A stretch of 64,000 nucleotides of DNA from Paraphysomonas bandaiensis (taxonomy: Eukaryota > Protista > Chrysophyceae), in the NCBI GenBank assembly GCA_965644295.1, contig CBFFRP010000598.1:22403-86402 (forward strand). The letters run 5' to 3'. Of the stretch, positions 1-12,427 are shown piece after piece; within the stretch, counting starts at the first letter, position 1, and every line of letters starts with the position of its first letter. Under the pieces are notes generated by a model. That model had not been told where the DNA came from, made no database searches, and worked only from the letters and a program-made list of their open reading frames with translations. Made by a program: the position numbers and the translations under genes.

Positions 1-154
1 TCTAGATATGTGATATAGCAGTACTATTCCACATAAATTTACGGAAAAATCGGCATAGGACGATCATACAGTCACCTGACACTGTTGAGAGCATTGCGCG
101 CGGCGCTGCTGTATCAGCTCTTTATAAAAGCGTTTAACATCGCACCGTGCTCCA

Positions 155-990
155 ATGAAAGATATTGGGGAGTATGAAAGAACCAGACAGCTGAATATTG
201 CTCGAAACGAAGCCTTTTTGAAAGATATCGGATTACATCAAGTAAAAAAAGATATTGCTTCTTCCTCTTGCAGTGAACGTCAGTTAGCCGGAACTAAGCG
301 AAAGCAAAGATCTGTTTCACACGAGATTGAAAAGACTAGACGAAGATCAAGTAGATTACAGAAGATCTCAACTGATGATAAACTGGAACAAGACTCAGAT
401 AACGTACATCAGGGCGCCATAAGTACAGGTTTGAAAAAATATTTTTAAAACTGATATTTACGATATACTAGATCGCCAACAACTTAAGAAATCGTACTAC
501 AAAGAGGCTAGTTTTGGTGATGATAGCGATAAAAGAAAGAGAATCACACCTCAGGTAATCGATATGTGCCATGCACAATGTATTGATTAAAAACATTGCT
601 GTAACAGATACTTCTGGATTATATACTCGCTAGAAGTGAAGAGCACTATAATAGTTCCACTTCAAGTGTAAGTTCTTGACATGGCAGCACAACAGTACGT
701 TTATCATTTTTTTATGCAGTTGGTCGTCCACACTGTTGATCGAATTAACAGCATGTCTATTCAGCAACTCCAGAATCGTATGACCAAAATTACTACGTAA
801 GTCTTCATAATACATAGTTCCAGTGGTGAAGTTTTAATGTTTTAATATTAATATCAATCTGTAGGGCCCAGAAGATGATTTTATTTTATTATGGCCTCTC
901 CTGTGCCGACCTTGACGATCTCGCAGAGTCAGCTAAAGAGAAATTGAAAACAATGTTTAAAATTTATGTATGAAGTTGTATTGCTTGAAG
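155..990 (+). CDS. Small multi-exon hypothetical protein with N-terminal 'YERTRQLNIARNEAFLKDIGL' helix motif (3' end approximate)
   Basis: ORF 155-448 carries a YExxRxxNIxRNxxxLxxxGL motif seen at the N-terminus of various nuclear proteins, plus basic NLS-like stretches. GT..AG introns follow (e.g. ~429-470). The downstream exon structure is uncertain. Confidence 0.4.
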
Positions 991-1410
991 CAGATTGTAT
1001 TCGTCATTGTAGCTTCATTTCTGTTTTACCAGTGTATTTTGATGGTGTCTGTAAAACTGTAACATTTCTCTCTATCTGAAGTAGTTGGCAAGTAGAAGTT
1101 GTCATGAAAGCTAGTTCACTATGTTGCTTGACGTTATGTATATCAACTGTCACGCGTCCCATCATGTACGTAATAACATTATGTTCGTTAGGGACAAGAA
1201 AGTAACAATGTTATATAGTATTTTTAGTTTGAGTTGTTGTTTAAACTGTTATTATTTTTACTTCACAAAATAAAAAATATTAATAGGGGAGACAAACGAC
1301 GTGCATATTAGTTACTGATGCGTGACAGTAATTAAGAGTTATCATGAAGAAAGCAAATAATAATAAGACAAACATTAATTACACTGAAATCATATTCTAC
1401 AACTCTGCTA

Positions 1411-1698
1411 TTATCGCAGCCCAATTAAAGAGGCAGCAATACTTATGCAGCAGATTCCAACACCAAACAGAATTCTCTTTACCATGTGCTCCCCTTCAGT
1501 GCGCGGATTCTTAATTCTCGAATATAAATCACTTCCACTCAGAGATTTATTTCGGTTTATTTTAATTGATCGCTGTATATTTTTTCCGGCTTTGTTTATT
1601 CCATTCGTGAGCTTTGATTTATTAGCTTTCAACTTGTTGGTGAACAGAGCCTGTTTACTTTTGAGGCGCTGAATTAAATTCTGAAACATTGGATACAC
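1411..1698 (-). CDS. Small basic protein with C-terminal hydrophobic (tail-anchor-like) segment; probably the last exon
   Basis: Open frame ending ILFGVGICCISIAASLIGLR*, preceded by a pyrimidine-rich ...tttcag acceptor. Upstream exon not resolved. Confidence 0.35.
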   Translation of the reverse strand: MYPMFQNLIQRLKSKQALFTNKLKANKSKLTNGINKAGKNIQRSIKINRNKSLSGSDLYSRIKNPRTEGEHMVKRILFGVGICCISIAASLIGLR

Positions 1699-2088
1699 AA
1701 AGCAATGGTAAGATTTTGAGATGATAAGTGCTGATTGATTCCTCGCCGGCTAGAATGAACACGCTGCAGCTATGAGTAACATCAATGAGCTACACCACCC
1801 CTGCCCCTGTATACGGCACATAATACAGCAGTACATCCATATCACAATCATGCATATGCCTCACACCAACTATCTACACACTGTATACCGCCGGTATAGT
1901 CCAGCGAAATACGTTGTCATACTATCGTATACACTACTGACACAGTGGTACTGTATATGCGGTATACCATACATATAATCGTACATGCTGGCTGTTCGTC
2001 TATATGACCGTCTCTCTGTAGGTACACATACATTGACAGGTGCTCCCTGTACATTAAACACCAACCACCACACATCTCTGATCTCCGT

Positions 2089-3735
2089 ATGCTACCTGTA
2101 CGGCTGTTTCGGCGGCATATCGCCCCTTCGTATCATTCAGGACGGCGCATGTTGTCTGTATCAGTGGATATCGATAGGCTGTTGCGTGAGGGCCCCTCTA
2201 TAGCCGACAAGCTATCAGACGGGACTATTGATATATCTCCGCCTATGCTCTCTGAGTCTGTTATGAATCTCTGTGCGGAGAAGAAGTACAAACATGTGAT
2301 TGATGTGCACAGTTGGGTCCCTCCAACTCACAGTCACTACTCGTCGCAGTTGTCATACGCCGCAATGATCGCATACTCCGGTATGCATCAGTCTTCTAAG
2401 GTCACATAGAAGTATAGTATGCACCATCTAATACGTCGATGCAGGTTAGGAAATTAGTTAAAGCTTATGAATATCATTTAGACTTACGCACAAGCGCTAC
2501 CTTGCTGATAGCTGCATATTGTTACTCTAATAGGTAAGTTACTAACATTAGCATATCGTAATGGGTGGTGTAAGCGTTTGCTTCTCAGATTGCAAAGTGC
2601 TGAGAACTTATTAATGACGTGGCTTCAATGTCTACCACCATCAAGCAACCTAGACAACTTAATAGATGGAATTAAAGGCGGTCGTAACTTGGATTTCAAA
2701 GGATCATCGAAGGAAATAAGTTTGTCTCCCTGGGGTAAGGGTGGATCTAACGATGCTGTTGGTGTACCTGGCATGCGTGTATGGCACTCAATGATGTACA
2801 TGTATTCTATTCGGGGGGCTTGGAAGCAATGCTTTGCCATACTGCGGTTCCTTGAAGGCGAAGAAAAGGCGTTGGTGACCCAGGGGTTTCGCACCATCCC
2901 GGGAGTACGTTACCCAGTTCACTTAGATAATGTTGCATATCATAGAGCTATTGTTTCACTATGTGATGCTCTTGCTTTTCCTACCGCCATAGAGCTATAT
3001 GATGAAGTACACTGTAAAAGTATTACTCCTCATCCGCGCTCACTTGCGCACTTTATACGGGTTTTATCTCTATGGGACGGAGTCGAGACTGATGAGGCGA
3101 TGATGTCAATTTGCAATAAAGCTATACAAGTTATACTTACACTGAAACACACCAATGACGAAAAGTTTGCTGCCGTGCACGACCCGCGAGGCAGTTACAG
3201 GGATTGGACCGTTCTGGGGGAAGTGGAAGAAGACCCCTCCTATTTCCCTCTTCTCGACGCTGGTATTCGTGACAGAAGAAAAACTATTGACGAGATGATT
3301 TCGCAGATGCTGCGCTCATTAGCTGTTGATAGAGGTGCGTATTGTTGTGTCGTACCAATATCGATAGCAGAACTTGTTCATAGTAGTGGGTGATATTTAC
3401 TCCTTCACCTGCATTTCCATAGGTCTTAATGTATTTGCCAACGGAATAACTCAGCGGCTAAAGGATAACGGCCTTCACATTCCTGACGAAGGTCTATTCG
3501 CCCTTTTAGAAGTAAGTCACAGCATCCTGTTATTTCAATAATACTGACAAAGTGCTTCATTCAGGGGAAGTGCAGAGCTAATAAATGGAAGGATGCTGTA
3601 CCAATTTACAATGAATTAAAGAGCAGAGGAGTTCCAGTTAGAGATACTATGGCATATCACCTCGTTGCGGATGCCATGATACGAGAAAATGCAAAATCTG
3701 AATTAGCACGATTTGTAGTTGATCAACACACGTAG
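2089..3735 (+). CDS. Pentatricopeptide/helical-repeat protein, likely organelle-targeted (multi-exon)
   Basis: N-terminus MLPVRLFRRHIAPSYHSGRRMLS resembles a mitochondrial transit peptide. PPR-like helices: AYHRAIVSLCDALAFPTAIELYDEV and CRANKWKDAVPIYNELKSRGVP. Several short GT-AG introns join the ORF pieces. Confidence 0.6.
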
Positions 3736-4429
3736 TAGCTGAGCATATTAACATGTATTTCAATAATAAGACTCTGAATATGATGTAATATCAATGTTTG
3801 TATTTAAATATTGCATGTTGGGACCTGTAATGCAACTCTAACTTGTACTCTTAAGAACAATATGAATAGTCTACTGCATAGTCAAAATACAATCTAGCTA
3901 CATTACTGTAACGGCTCAAGATTCGGAAGTTTATTAGAGAGCTCAAATTCACATTCGGAATACTATTCTGAACATATGAAGATACATATAGCACATTCAT
4001 AACAGCGTTAAGACAATCCATGATAATGGATGTGTATTGCGAATTATTTAGTAATATTGTCGTATTTCATCTTTTTTTGGACCAGAATTTTTGTATTTTA
4101 AATACACCACAAGTTTCTACAAACGTAAATAGTAAATATTGCGCTTGAACTCGGCATCGAGTACTTTATATAATATCAATCATGATGAAACACTAAATGT
4201 GTCTTCTCTTAATAATGTAATTGTCCCTAGAATAACTATTTCAGTTTTAATTTCCTTCAACTTATACTTCTTCATGAAGATGTTCTTTTCCTGTACGATA
4301 TCAGAGTACAACTGCAAAAATAAATATTCAACAGCAACGAAATAATCGCAATCAAAATAACTGCAATCACCAAGAAACCGGCAATAGAGTACACATAATA
4401 TTGAAACAATTCAGGCAAATAATGCAATT

Positions 4430-4475
4430 GGATAATTGGATATTGGATATTAGCGTATCTTGTTCTCTATCCCTG
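4430..4475. mobile_element. Orphan hAT-type terminal inverted repeat
   Basis: ttgttctctatccctg (4460-4475) matches the end of the hAT relic, ttgttccctatccctg (54511-54526), with one mismatch. The reverse complement starts CAGGG, and subterminal (t)attgga repeats precede it. Confidence 0.5.
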
Positions 4476-5434
4476 CCACTCTTCTCATTCACTTGTGACC
4501 GATTTGTAAACAATGGTGTTCTGCTGTAGTCTTCCCGAATACATTTCTCTAGTCATCCCAAACCTATCCACCAGCGTTTGAAGCATTTGCATAAACAAAG
4601 CTTTTATCGGGGTTATCAACTATAGCTAACTCTCGTGCCTTAACTCTTCCAGCTTATTTTGACAACATATAGCACCAGGTGATTTAGATTCTTCTTCATC
4701 AGATGAATTTTTGTCTTCTGAGATGGGTCTTCAACTTGATACTTGTGAAGCTTCAGAACGTTTCGCCTTTTCATCCAAAATATCACTCATTGTAATGTTA
4801 GAATTGGATATTACACTTCATGTAAACTTTAAACTTCCTTCGTTGCGTACAACGTACTTCCAAGAAAGCATTAAAATTAATCTTAACTCCTTGCAACATA
4901 TTCAGGTAAACAACTGATCTTAACATCTTTTTTCGTATATTCACTAGCCAATCCTATATTATCCATAAATATCTCATGTAGAAATGCATCATAAACCGAA
5001 TGTACTTCCTTTATAACTATCTTCATCTTTTACAAACATCCTAACAATTTATAACTATATCCACCCTTTCCTGCTACATGTTGGCTTCCCTATTCCACAC
5101 ATACCCACTTCAATTGCCCAATATACATTATAACTAACAGCAGAAATCATCATCCCCACACAATTGAGTCATATATATCGAAAACAGTTTATTATCTGTT
5201 TGGAAGTATTGCAAAAAATAAATACACGTTGGTATTCTATGTTAATAAATTTACTTTCACTATACTCCTTCCAGGCCAATCTTGCATGTACACAAAGTTG
5301 TATTCGACACAGGGTTCCGCATACAACAATTTGCTTGACAAGCAAGTCATTTCAACGGAAATAGAATACAACACAAATAACAAGAATCTTATACACAACA
5401 CTATACATTCACAGTATGTACTACTGTACATGCA

Positions 5435-7643
5435 CTATGACAGACCGCCTTTTCTCTTGGCTACACTGCTGTGGCTGGCCTTCGGCGTCGGGGCACACTT
5501 ACTACTATCCTGTGCAAGCTCCATCAACGTAGTTCTGGCAGTATGGATTGCAACCGGCAGTGGGATATGTAACTGCTCTGCCAGATCTTTCAAACGATGC
5601 TTGAGTGTGCCTCCAGGTTCCACTTGCTTTGGTGAAAGTGCGCTATTTTCGGGTATGTCTCTAAACAGTAACAAATTCGCCATCTCCATCGTCGATAGGA
5701 GTGGGGCGCTCGTCTTCTCACTACTAGTAGTTAGTGACGTTGGTGAAGATCTTTCCCCATCACTCCCTGACATATTGTCGGAGAGCGCCTTCATTGAATC
5801 GTTGCGGAGAAGTTCAAGGTGTGCGTGCAACGCTCTGACGACTGACTTAAGCTCATCAATTCCGATACTGTCTGGATTCATCGAGTCCTCCGAAGAAGCC
5901 CGGCTGAGAAAAGGGTGTTTTAGTAGTTCAGCAGCTGTACTTCTCTTCGTAGCATCGTGCTGAAGACATTGCGATATAAAGTCCTTGTACTCATCACTCC
6001 ATTCACCATTCTCAGGAAGTCGCGGAGGGGGCTTGTCCCTAACACTTTGTAACACTTGCCAAAAACCACCAGTGGTATTGAATGGTATGCGGCCTAAGGA
6101 GACTGTTAAAAGAGACAAACCGAATGACCATATGTCACTAGAATAACTGTAGTCCTGTCCATCAATTCGCTCGGGAGACATGTATGTGGTTGTCCCCACA
6201 AATGTCTGTGCCCGATGCATCCCATTCCCCTCACCGTTGTTAGAGCCCATTTCTTCTACATCAGTCTCGATTTGCCGCAAAATCCCCAGATCTGATACTT
6301 TCACGTCCCCATTCAGATTAATCAAGATATTCCCGGGCTTTATGTCCCGGTGTATTTGATGACATCGGTGTAAGAAGTCCAGGCCAAGTAATACTTGACC
6401 AGCTATGCTAGCTAGCACCCCTTCGTCAGTACATCCTCCAGTATCGGCCACGTCCTGCAAAGAACCGCCATCCATGTACTCCATCATAAGGGCAACACCA
6501 CCCTCTTCTAAGTTACTACATACCCAGTAAGTACGGATATACAAAGGCACACAAGTAGGATGTCACCTGAACGCGTCGTAAAAGTCTACTATGTAGTGAT
6601 GAGGGTATATTCTGTATGAGTTCGTGTCCGGGTTATACGTCGAAGGAGTCGTGTCTCCACAATCCTGAGAATTTCTGCGACTTTTTGGGTTGAAATTCAG
6701 ACTAACATGCATCGGTATCTCAGCCCCATCTCCTAGCATCTCCTTTTCTTTCTTGCGCAACACTTGAAAAAGAGTACTCAGCTCTCTGACCATCTGACGC
6801 CGCTTAGCTCTGAGAACAAACATCACCATATAAAATTTCTCAATTAATTACGTACCTTTCAAACACAGGAACAGTCTTCACTGCCACAAGGCGCATTTCA
6901 GTGATATCCAATGCCTTGTATACCACACTGCTTGCACCATGACCCAGCCTGCAAAGTATCACCAGGCGTTCCCGCATTGGCAGCCGAGCTGGTTGAGTGG
7001 ATCCTGGTGCTGCCGCTATACCATGTTTTCCAATACCCTCACAAAAGCCATTAACAAATATTGTGCCTGACTGAGTCATGGTATACGACTGTTCGTGCAC
7101 TGGCTCGTTATTGCGACCCAATGGTTCCTTCCTCATGCGGGGAGTCATGAAATCATCAGCTTCGTCATCTGACACTTGAATCCAATCCTCTTCGTCATCA
7201 TTAAGAGATAATTTCAAATTAAATTTCTTTCTAAGTGTGTCCGCAGTTTGCTTGTTATTCTGTATCGCCTGTGCCTTCACATCTCCTACAGCATCCAGAG
7301 GAAGATTGTTTGATGATGCAGATGGGGTGGATAACGCTAAAGACCCACTGCTGTTGTGTTTCTTCCCAGCAGGAAACTTTAACGATGATGCACTAATGTA
7401 TGTGTTTTTCTGTCGCGAGTGTTGTCGACGAGCATGTGCCTTAAGACTCATAGTGGTGTTCTGCTTCCTGAAAGTCTTCACAGTGTTGGCGGGCTTTATA
7501 TTCGACATGCTTTTGCTCACTCTCTCGAAGCATATTTTCTCGCTTACATTCGCGACTCTTTCATCTATGAATGTGTCGATATAGTCATGTATATCGGGGC
7601 TGTCCGGGCCGCCGATAGCATACACAGAAGCAGATGACCCCAT
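5435..7643 (-). CDS. Mitogen-activated protein kinase kinase (STE7/MAP2K family)
   Basis: Kinase motifs [64 protein letters not shown]. Introns at 6516-6566 and 6810-6855 restore the frame. Start MGSSAS at 7643. Confidence 0.9.
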
Positions 7644-9184
7644 CGACCTCACTGCCAAGAGATTACCTGCTCAACATGCATGATACGCACAGGGAGAGGG
7701 AGAAAGGGAGAGGGTGGAAGAGTTATTTGATAGTGTGTAGAGTAGATGGTACTCTAACTAACATACACGTATGTATGTCTCTATATGTATATATGTATGG
7801 GAACTCTGTGTACAGCAGTATCCACTCTCTAACTATGTATATATGTATAGCTATGTATACATACATACACATTCTCTTCGTACCTATAGAGGGACACTGA
7901 CCCAAGTGGACGATGAGACGATAGTATGTCTGTGTGTGTGGTGTATGGTATAGTAGAGTATGTATAGGAGAGTACAGTGATGAGAAACGGTTCTGATCGC
8001 ATTGACGTCGACTGGTATACAGGTACGTATATACTGTACTCGTAGCTCTATCCTGACAGATGAGCAGCCGTCGTGCAAGATAGAAGCCTCCAACATGCTC
8101 CATGAGTGGCCAGAGATCAACACTTGAGTTATGATTGACAAAGTTGTTGCCCTATTCCCACAGTGTGGCCATAGTGTAGGCTCGCTGGCACACCACTTAT
8201 TCTACACAGCCACTCCCCCGCAGGCACATCCGATCACGATCTTGGCTGACCGTATAGATCACGCGTAGATTCTGAGAGCCACCCCACTCCCCGCATTCGT
8301 GTTCTCCTTCACAAATATTACACGAGATTTCTCATAGCTACGCATGACTTATGTATGTAATTCGGACTTTCTCGTGACCACGTGTGGCTTAGTATAGGCA
8401 TAGCATGGTATTGGCAGTGTTTCTCATAGTCATGTGCGACTGACTATACCAGTATAGTGTAGATCTAACTGGCGCCACACTCAGAATACGCCGGGATTTT
8501 AATAGATACTTGTGCGTTTCTTATCTTAGTCAACACTAGCACTGTACCAGGGCACGCACTCAGAATAGGGCAGTTGTAATTACAAAATGCTTAACTGCTG
8601 TATCCAATACTGAAGAGACTGTCAACTGATACTGATAAGAAGCGGCCTAAGGGTATCTTGGGTCCCTGTAAATAGATATTTGTTATTGAATTGCTTTGAG
8701 AACAAGGAAGTGTTATGGGACTCTTCGAGGACTCTTAAATATTGGTCTTGCATCTGCACTAGTGTAAAGTGTGGTACTGCCTCAACCAAGTGGCAGCATT
8801 GTTTCCCCGTCTGTATTACCCATCAATATTATGAGGTCATTATAATGAAGGAATAAAAATTTCTCAGTGTCCAGATGATAAGTGTAAATTTTGATGTGAT
8901 TGGTAGCTCTACAAGCACACCTGAAAATTATTGTGATGCTGATAAGGTTGGAGTGAGAGAAGTAACCGCAATTTGATATATATACCATTGGTAACATATA
9001 TTGTGTCTCCTACGAATAAAGTTCCAACAGTTAATATGTTATTATATATTATGCCCGATGATAGTTGCACGAAGTATATGTGTAGTCTTAAGTGTTCCGT
9101 AGTAGACTTAGATCACTGCTTTCACTTGTCATGATGTACGTTGTACAACGTCCCCAATATACACATCTATGAATATAGCGAGAA

Positions 9185-9253
9185 TGGTCGCACCTTGGTG
9201 CTTGCGGCGATGCACAAGCAGTTCTCGTAGCGTTAAATAGTAGGATATCAGAG
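9185..9253 (+). repeat. Short terminal fragment (copy D) of the hairpin-rich dispersed repeat family
   Basis: gcaccttggtgcttgcggcgatgcacaagcagttctcgtagcgttaaatagtaggatatcagag matches the ends of the copies at 32069, ~33030-33086 and 42843. Confidence 0.75.
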
Positions 9254-9385
9254 TTTGAACTACTAGTAAACGGTAGATGCTTATCTAGTATGATTAGCTT
9301 GTTCTTTTAGCTACTAATCTGGTTCTGACTCTTGAACGCCTATTACTAAATAAACAGACATTTACTACTATACTATTGTAAAGCC

Positions 9386-9508
9386 CAGGGCCTGGTAACC
9401 ATTAATGGTAATATGGTAATGCCTTTAATGAGCCATTAATGGTAATGCCATTATTTTTCCCGGGAACTGGACTACCATTCATGGGCCATTAACGGTTACC
9501 AGGCCCTG
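9386..9508. mobile_element. 123-bp hAT-family MITE with 8-bp target-site duplication
   Basis: TIRs CAGGGCCTGGTAACCATTAATGG / CCATTAACGGTTACCAGGCCCTG, flanked by direct repeat GTAAAGCC (9378-9385 and 9509-9516). Internal repeated (c)cattaatggtaat motifs. Confidence 0.92.
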
Positions 9509-10098
9509 GTAAAGCCTTTGCCGTATAATCAGAATACTTTTCAAGAACTTTTACGGACCGTCTAAAATAATATTTCTACACACAATACTAAAATTGCAAA
9601 TATAACACCATGGAGTACAGTACTATGTTTCTTATTGTGTACTCTGTCATTGCATTAGTGCCAAAGGTACATTGACTTAGACCTCAACACTTGGCAGTAG
9701 AATAGCTACTTGAAGTTATGTAACTAATAATAGCTATATCACAAAACATCTAGACAGTAAGTAGAAATTATATTTTGTCATTATTTTCTCCTAAAAAATA
9801 TTCGATACATATCCCGTAAGTCGATTTAACGGATGCCTTCCTATTGCTGTAGTTGTGGTATAGTGGTATAGTACGGCAGTGTTGATTTCTTAAACACAGG
9901 TTTAAATAGCAACTAGACCTTCTACCCTAACCATTCGACGGCACATATCTATATCTATCGTATGACAAGTTCATCTACAGCTTCCCTGCCACCCTTATTT
10001 GCACACTCTTTTGTTTAAACCCTACAGAGTGGTGGTTGCTATGCAAAACTCCACAAACACATTTCAAAGCGTCACAATAGTCTCTCCAAGAGATGCGA

Positions 10099-10563
10099 CT
10101 ACTGTTTTTTCTCGGCTGCAATGATTGAAATTTCAATTTTCACTCCACGTGGAAGCTTAGCTGACTCCACAACAGCCCTGGCTGGAGTATGCCACTGTGG
10201 AATCCATTGATCCCACACCGTATTCATGGTTTCGAAATCATCCATATCCTGCAAAAATATGGTTGCAGATAATAGGTGATCCCGGTCTGAACCAGCTTTC
10301 ACAAGCAGCTCATCTACAGATCGTAACATACTGCGAGTTTGTTCCACAATTCCAGTAGTCGGTTTCTCGCCTACTTGTCCGCTAATGTACACTGTACCGT
10401 TGTGTTTTACCGCCTCACTTAGCCGTGGTCCCATCTCAATTCGCTCAATAGAAACGGCTGCAGCAGTAGGGCGAGATCGTTGGGTTTCCCTGTAAGCTGA
10501 TGTCCAATTTCTGGGTAGCTGCTGCTTGCTTGAGATGCATGCACTCTGCAGCCTCCACAGCAT
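10099..10563 (-). CDS. RidA/YjgF/YER057c/UK114 family enamine/imine deaminase with putative transit peptide
   Basis: RLSEAVKHNGTVYISGQV, TIFLQDMDDFETMNTVW, PARAVVE (conserved Arg), KIEISIIA. Basic Ser-rich N-terminal extension. No intron. Confidence 0.88.
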   Translation of the reverse strand: MLWRLQSACISSKQQLPRNWTSAYRETQRSRPTAAAVSIERIEMGPRLSEAVKHNGTVYISGQVGEKPTTGIVEQTRSMLRSVDELLVKAGSDRDHLLSATIFLQDMDDFETMNTVWDQWIPQWHTPARAVVESAKLPRGVKIEISIIAAEKKQ

Positions 10564-12019
10564 CCCACACCTCGCCTTACAGATATTTCTGACAGAAGCT
10601 ATCATTTCCAATCCAGACAATTGCAATATGCAGTGTCCTTAGAATGTCCCCCTCACTGTATGGTAACAATAAATAAGTACTCGGTTGGCAACAGCAAGAA
10701 ACAAACATATGCAACAGCACAAGAGCGAGGAGAGATACGCACACCGCACAGCTAGCTGCATATGCTGACGAATAAAATACGATCTGAAGAAGATCCACCT
10801 AAAACCAGAGAAATGTGTTGCAATACAGGGAAATATCGGGAAATATGCAGGAATATCCCCAGAAATCGGGCCAGAAAACGAAACACCCTGTCGAAAGTGC
10901 TAAATATCCGGATATCTAGTTTATCGGTGTGTATATATTCAGCCTCAGTCCAAGTATGTTATGGGTATACATCATGCAACAACAGGCCACGCAAAGACTG
11001 CATCACATACAGAGGATTGGCTGCGTTGTGACCACAGGAGGATGCATCGGGGCACTGTAGGCTATAGCCATGGATAGGATGTGTGCGATGAAGATTATTG
11101 CTGTGGCTATATGATGTAACGGATTGCTGACCAGTGCCTCCTGATACCCCATCAGCCAGTGGAAGTGGCTCTCTGCTAATAGCCAGTCACAATGTCACTG
11201 TGAGACTCAATAGCTGTATGCGGCTATCGTCTGTAACGGTGTGAGGAGATGTACTTTCATCTTATTGTTTTTGTCACGTATTCTCATTTGCATAATACTG
11301 AACTCAAACTAGTGAGAATGAGGAAACATTTGGAGGTCGATTTGATAACGTGAGTATATTGTGTCGCAAGTGGTGCTCGGACGTAGCTCGTATATTACAT
11401 ATTTTTGTAAAGGACTACGATACACTACATATTACGCATGTATTGGCAGTAATGGTGACGTGATCAGTGTAACTACTATCCCGATATTACTTATATTTCT
11501 ATCATTATGAGCTTGTTGAGTTATCACCGGCATATGAGGTACAGAAATGTACAATTAGGAGGTGGTTTGGGGCTAGAGAGATCATGTTAATAATCTACAT
11601 AAATACGTACAGTGGAGGTGAATGGAAAACGAATTCGTGAAGGGAAGTAGGAGCAGAAATACGGAGCGCCTCGTTAGGGGAAGATGTATACTCTTGCACG
11701 AGAGCTAAGGTTGCGGTTATCTTTTGAAACCCTTGTCTTTGCAGTACGGATTCAAGCTAGTGCATAACAGAGTTGATTTGTGGGCCCAATGGACACTCTG
11801 CTGTTGTCCGGATCGACATCTGCTTCAGTACAATAACTTTTACTTTGCAATAGTGATTGCTCTCAGTCACGATATAAGTCTTTATTATATTTTTAAATTG
11901 GCATTTTTATATTCAGTGGCTATTATAACAGTCCAACCGCGTATTCCATAGCTGTGGGAAAGTAGTGAAAGTGTTCTACTTTGTTGATAAATTTTTCACC
12001 GTGCTTGTAAGTTCACCTA

Positions 12020-12091
12020 AGCTCATCTACAGATCGTAACATACTGCGAGTTTGTTCCACAATTCCAGTGGCCGGTTTCTCGCCTACTTGT
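12020..12091 (-). repeat. 72-bp copy of internal RidA coding sequence (10307-10378)
   Basis: Identical to 10307-10378 except for 2 substitutions. Confidence 0.9.
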
Positions 12092-12427
12092 ATAAGTATA
12101 TACTATACATACCATATACTTGTAGCAATATAATGTTCATCGCTTCTTAGAAGAGTAACTCTAAATTTTTGTGAACAGCTGTATTGTTCCCGGAATGACA
12201 TCATTATAGGACGACATCTAGATGAGTACGCCAATATGTTATTACAATGTACCACCATTACGAAGTTCGTAAGAGGTATTGAATAAGAAATTAATTTGTC
12301 AAATATAATGTCAATTGATTTTTGTGACTATCGTCTTATACTCGTCTATCACAATACAAATAGTTGGTATTCCCAGCTATTAAATATCTTTCGGAAATGC
12401 AGCCCACTCAAAAGTGATTCAAATTGA

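Noticed and set aside
5229-5963. 244-aa plus-strand ORF and other antisense ORFs overlapping real genes
   Set aside because: Shadow frames of well-supported opposite-strand genes, with no recognisable motifs.
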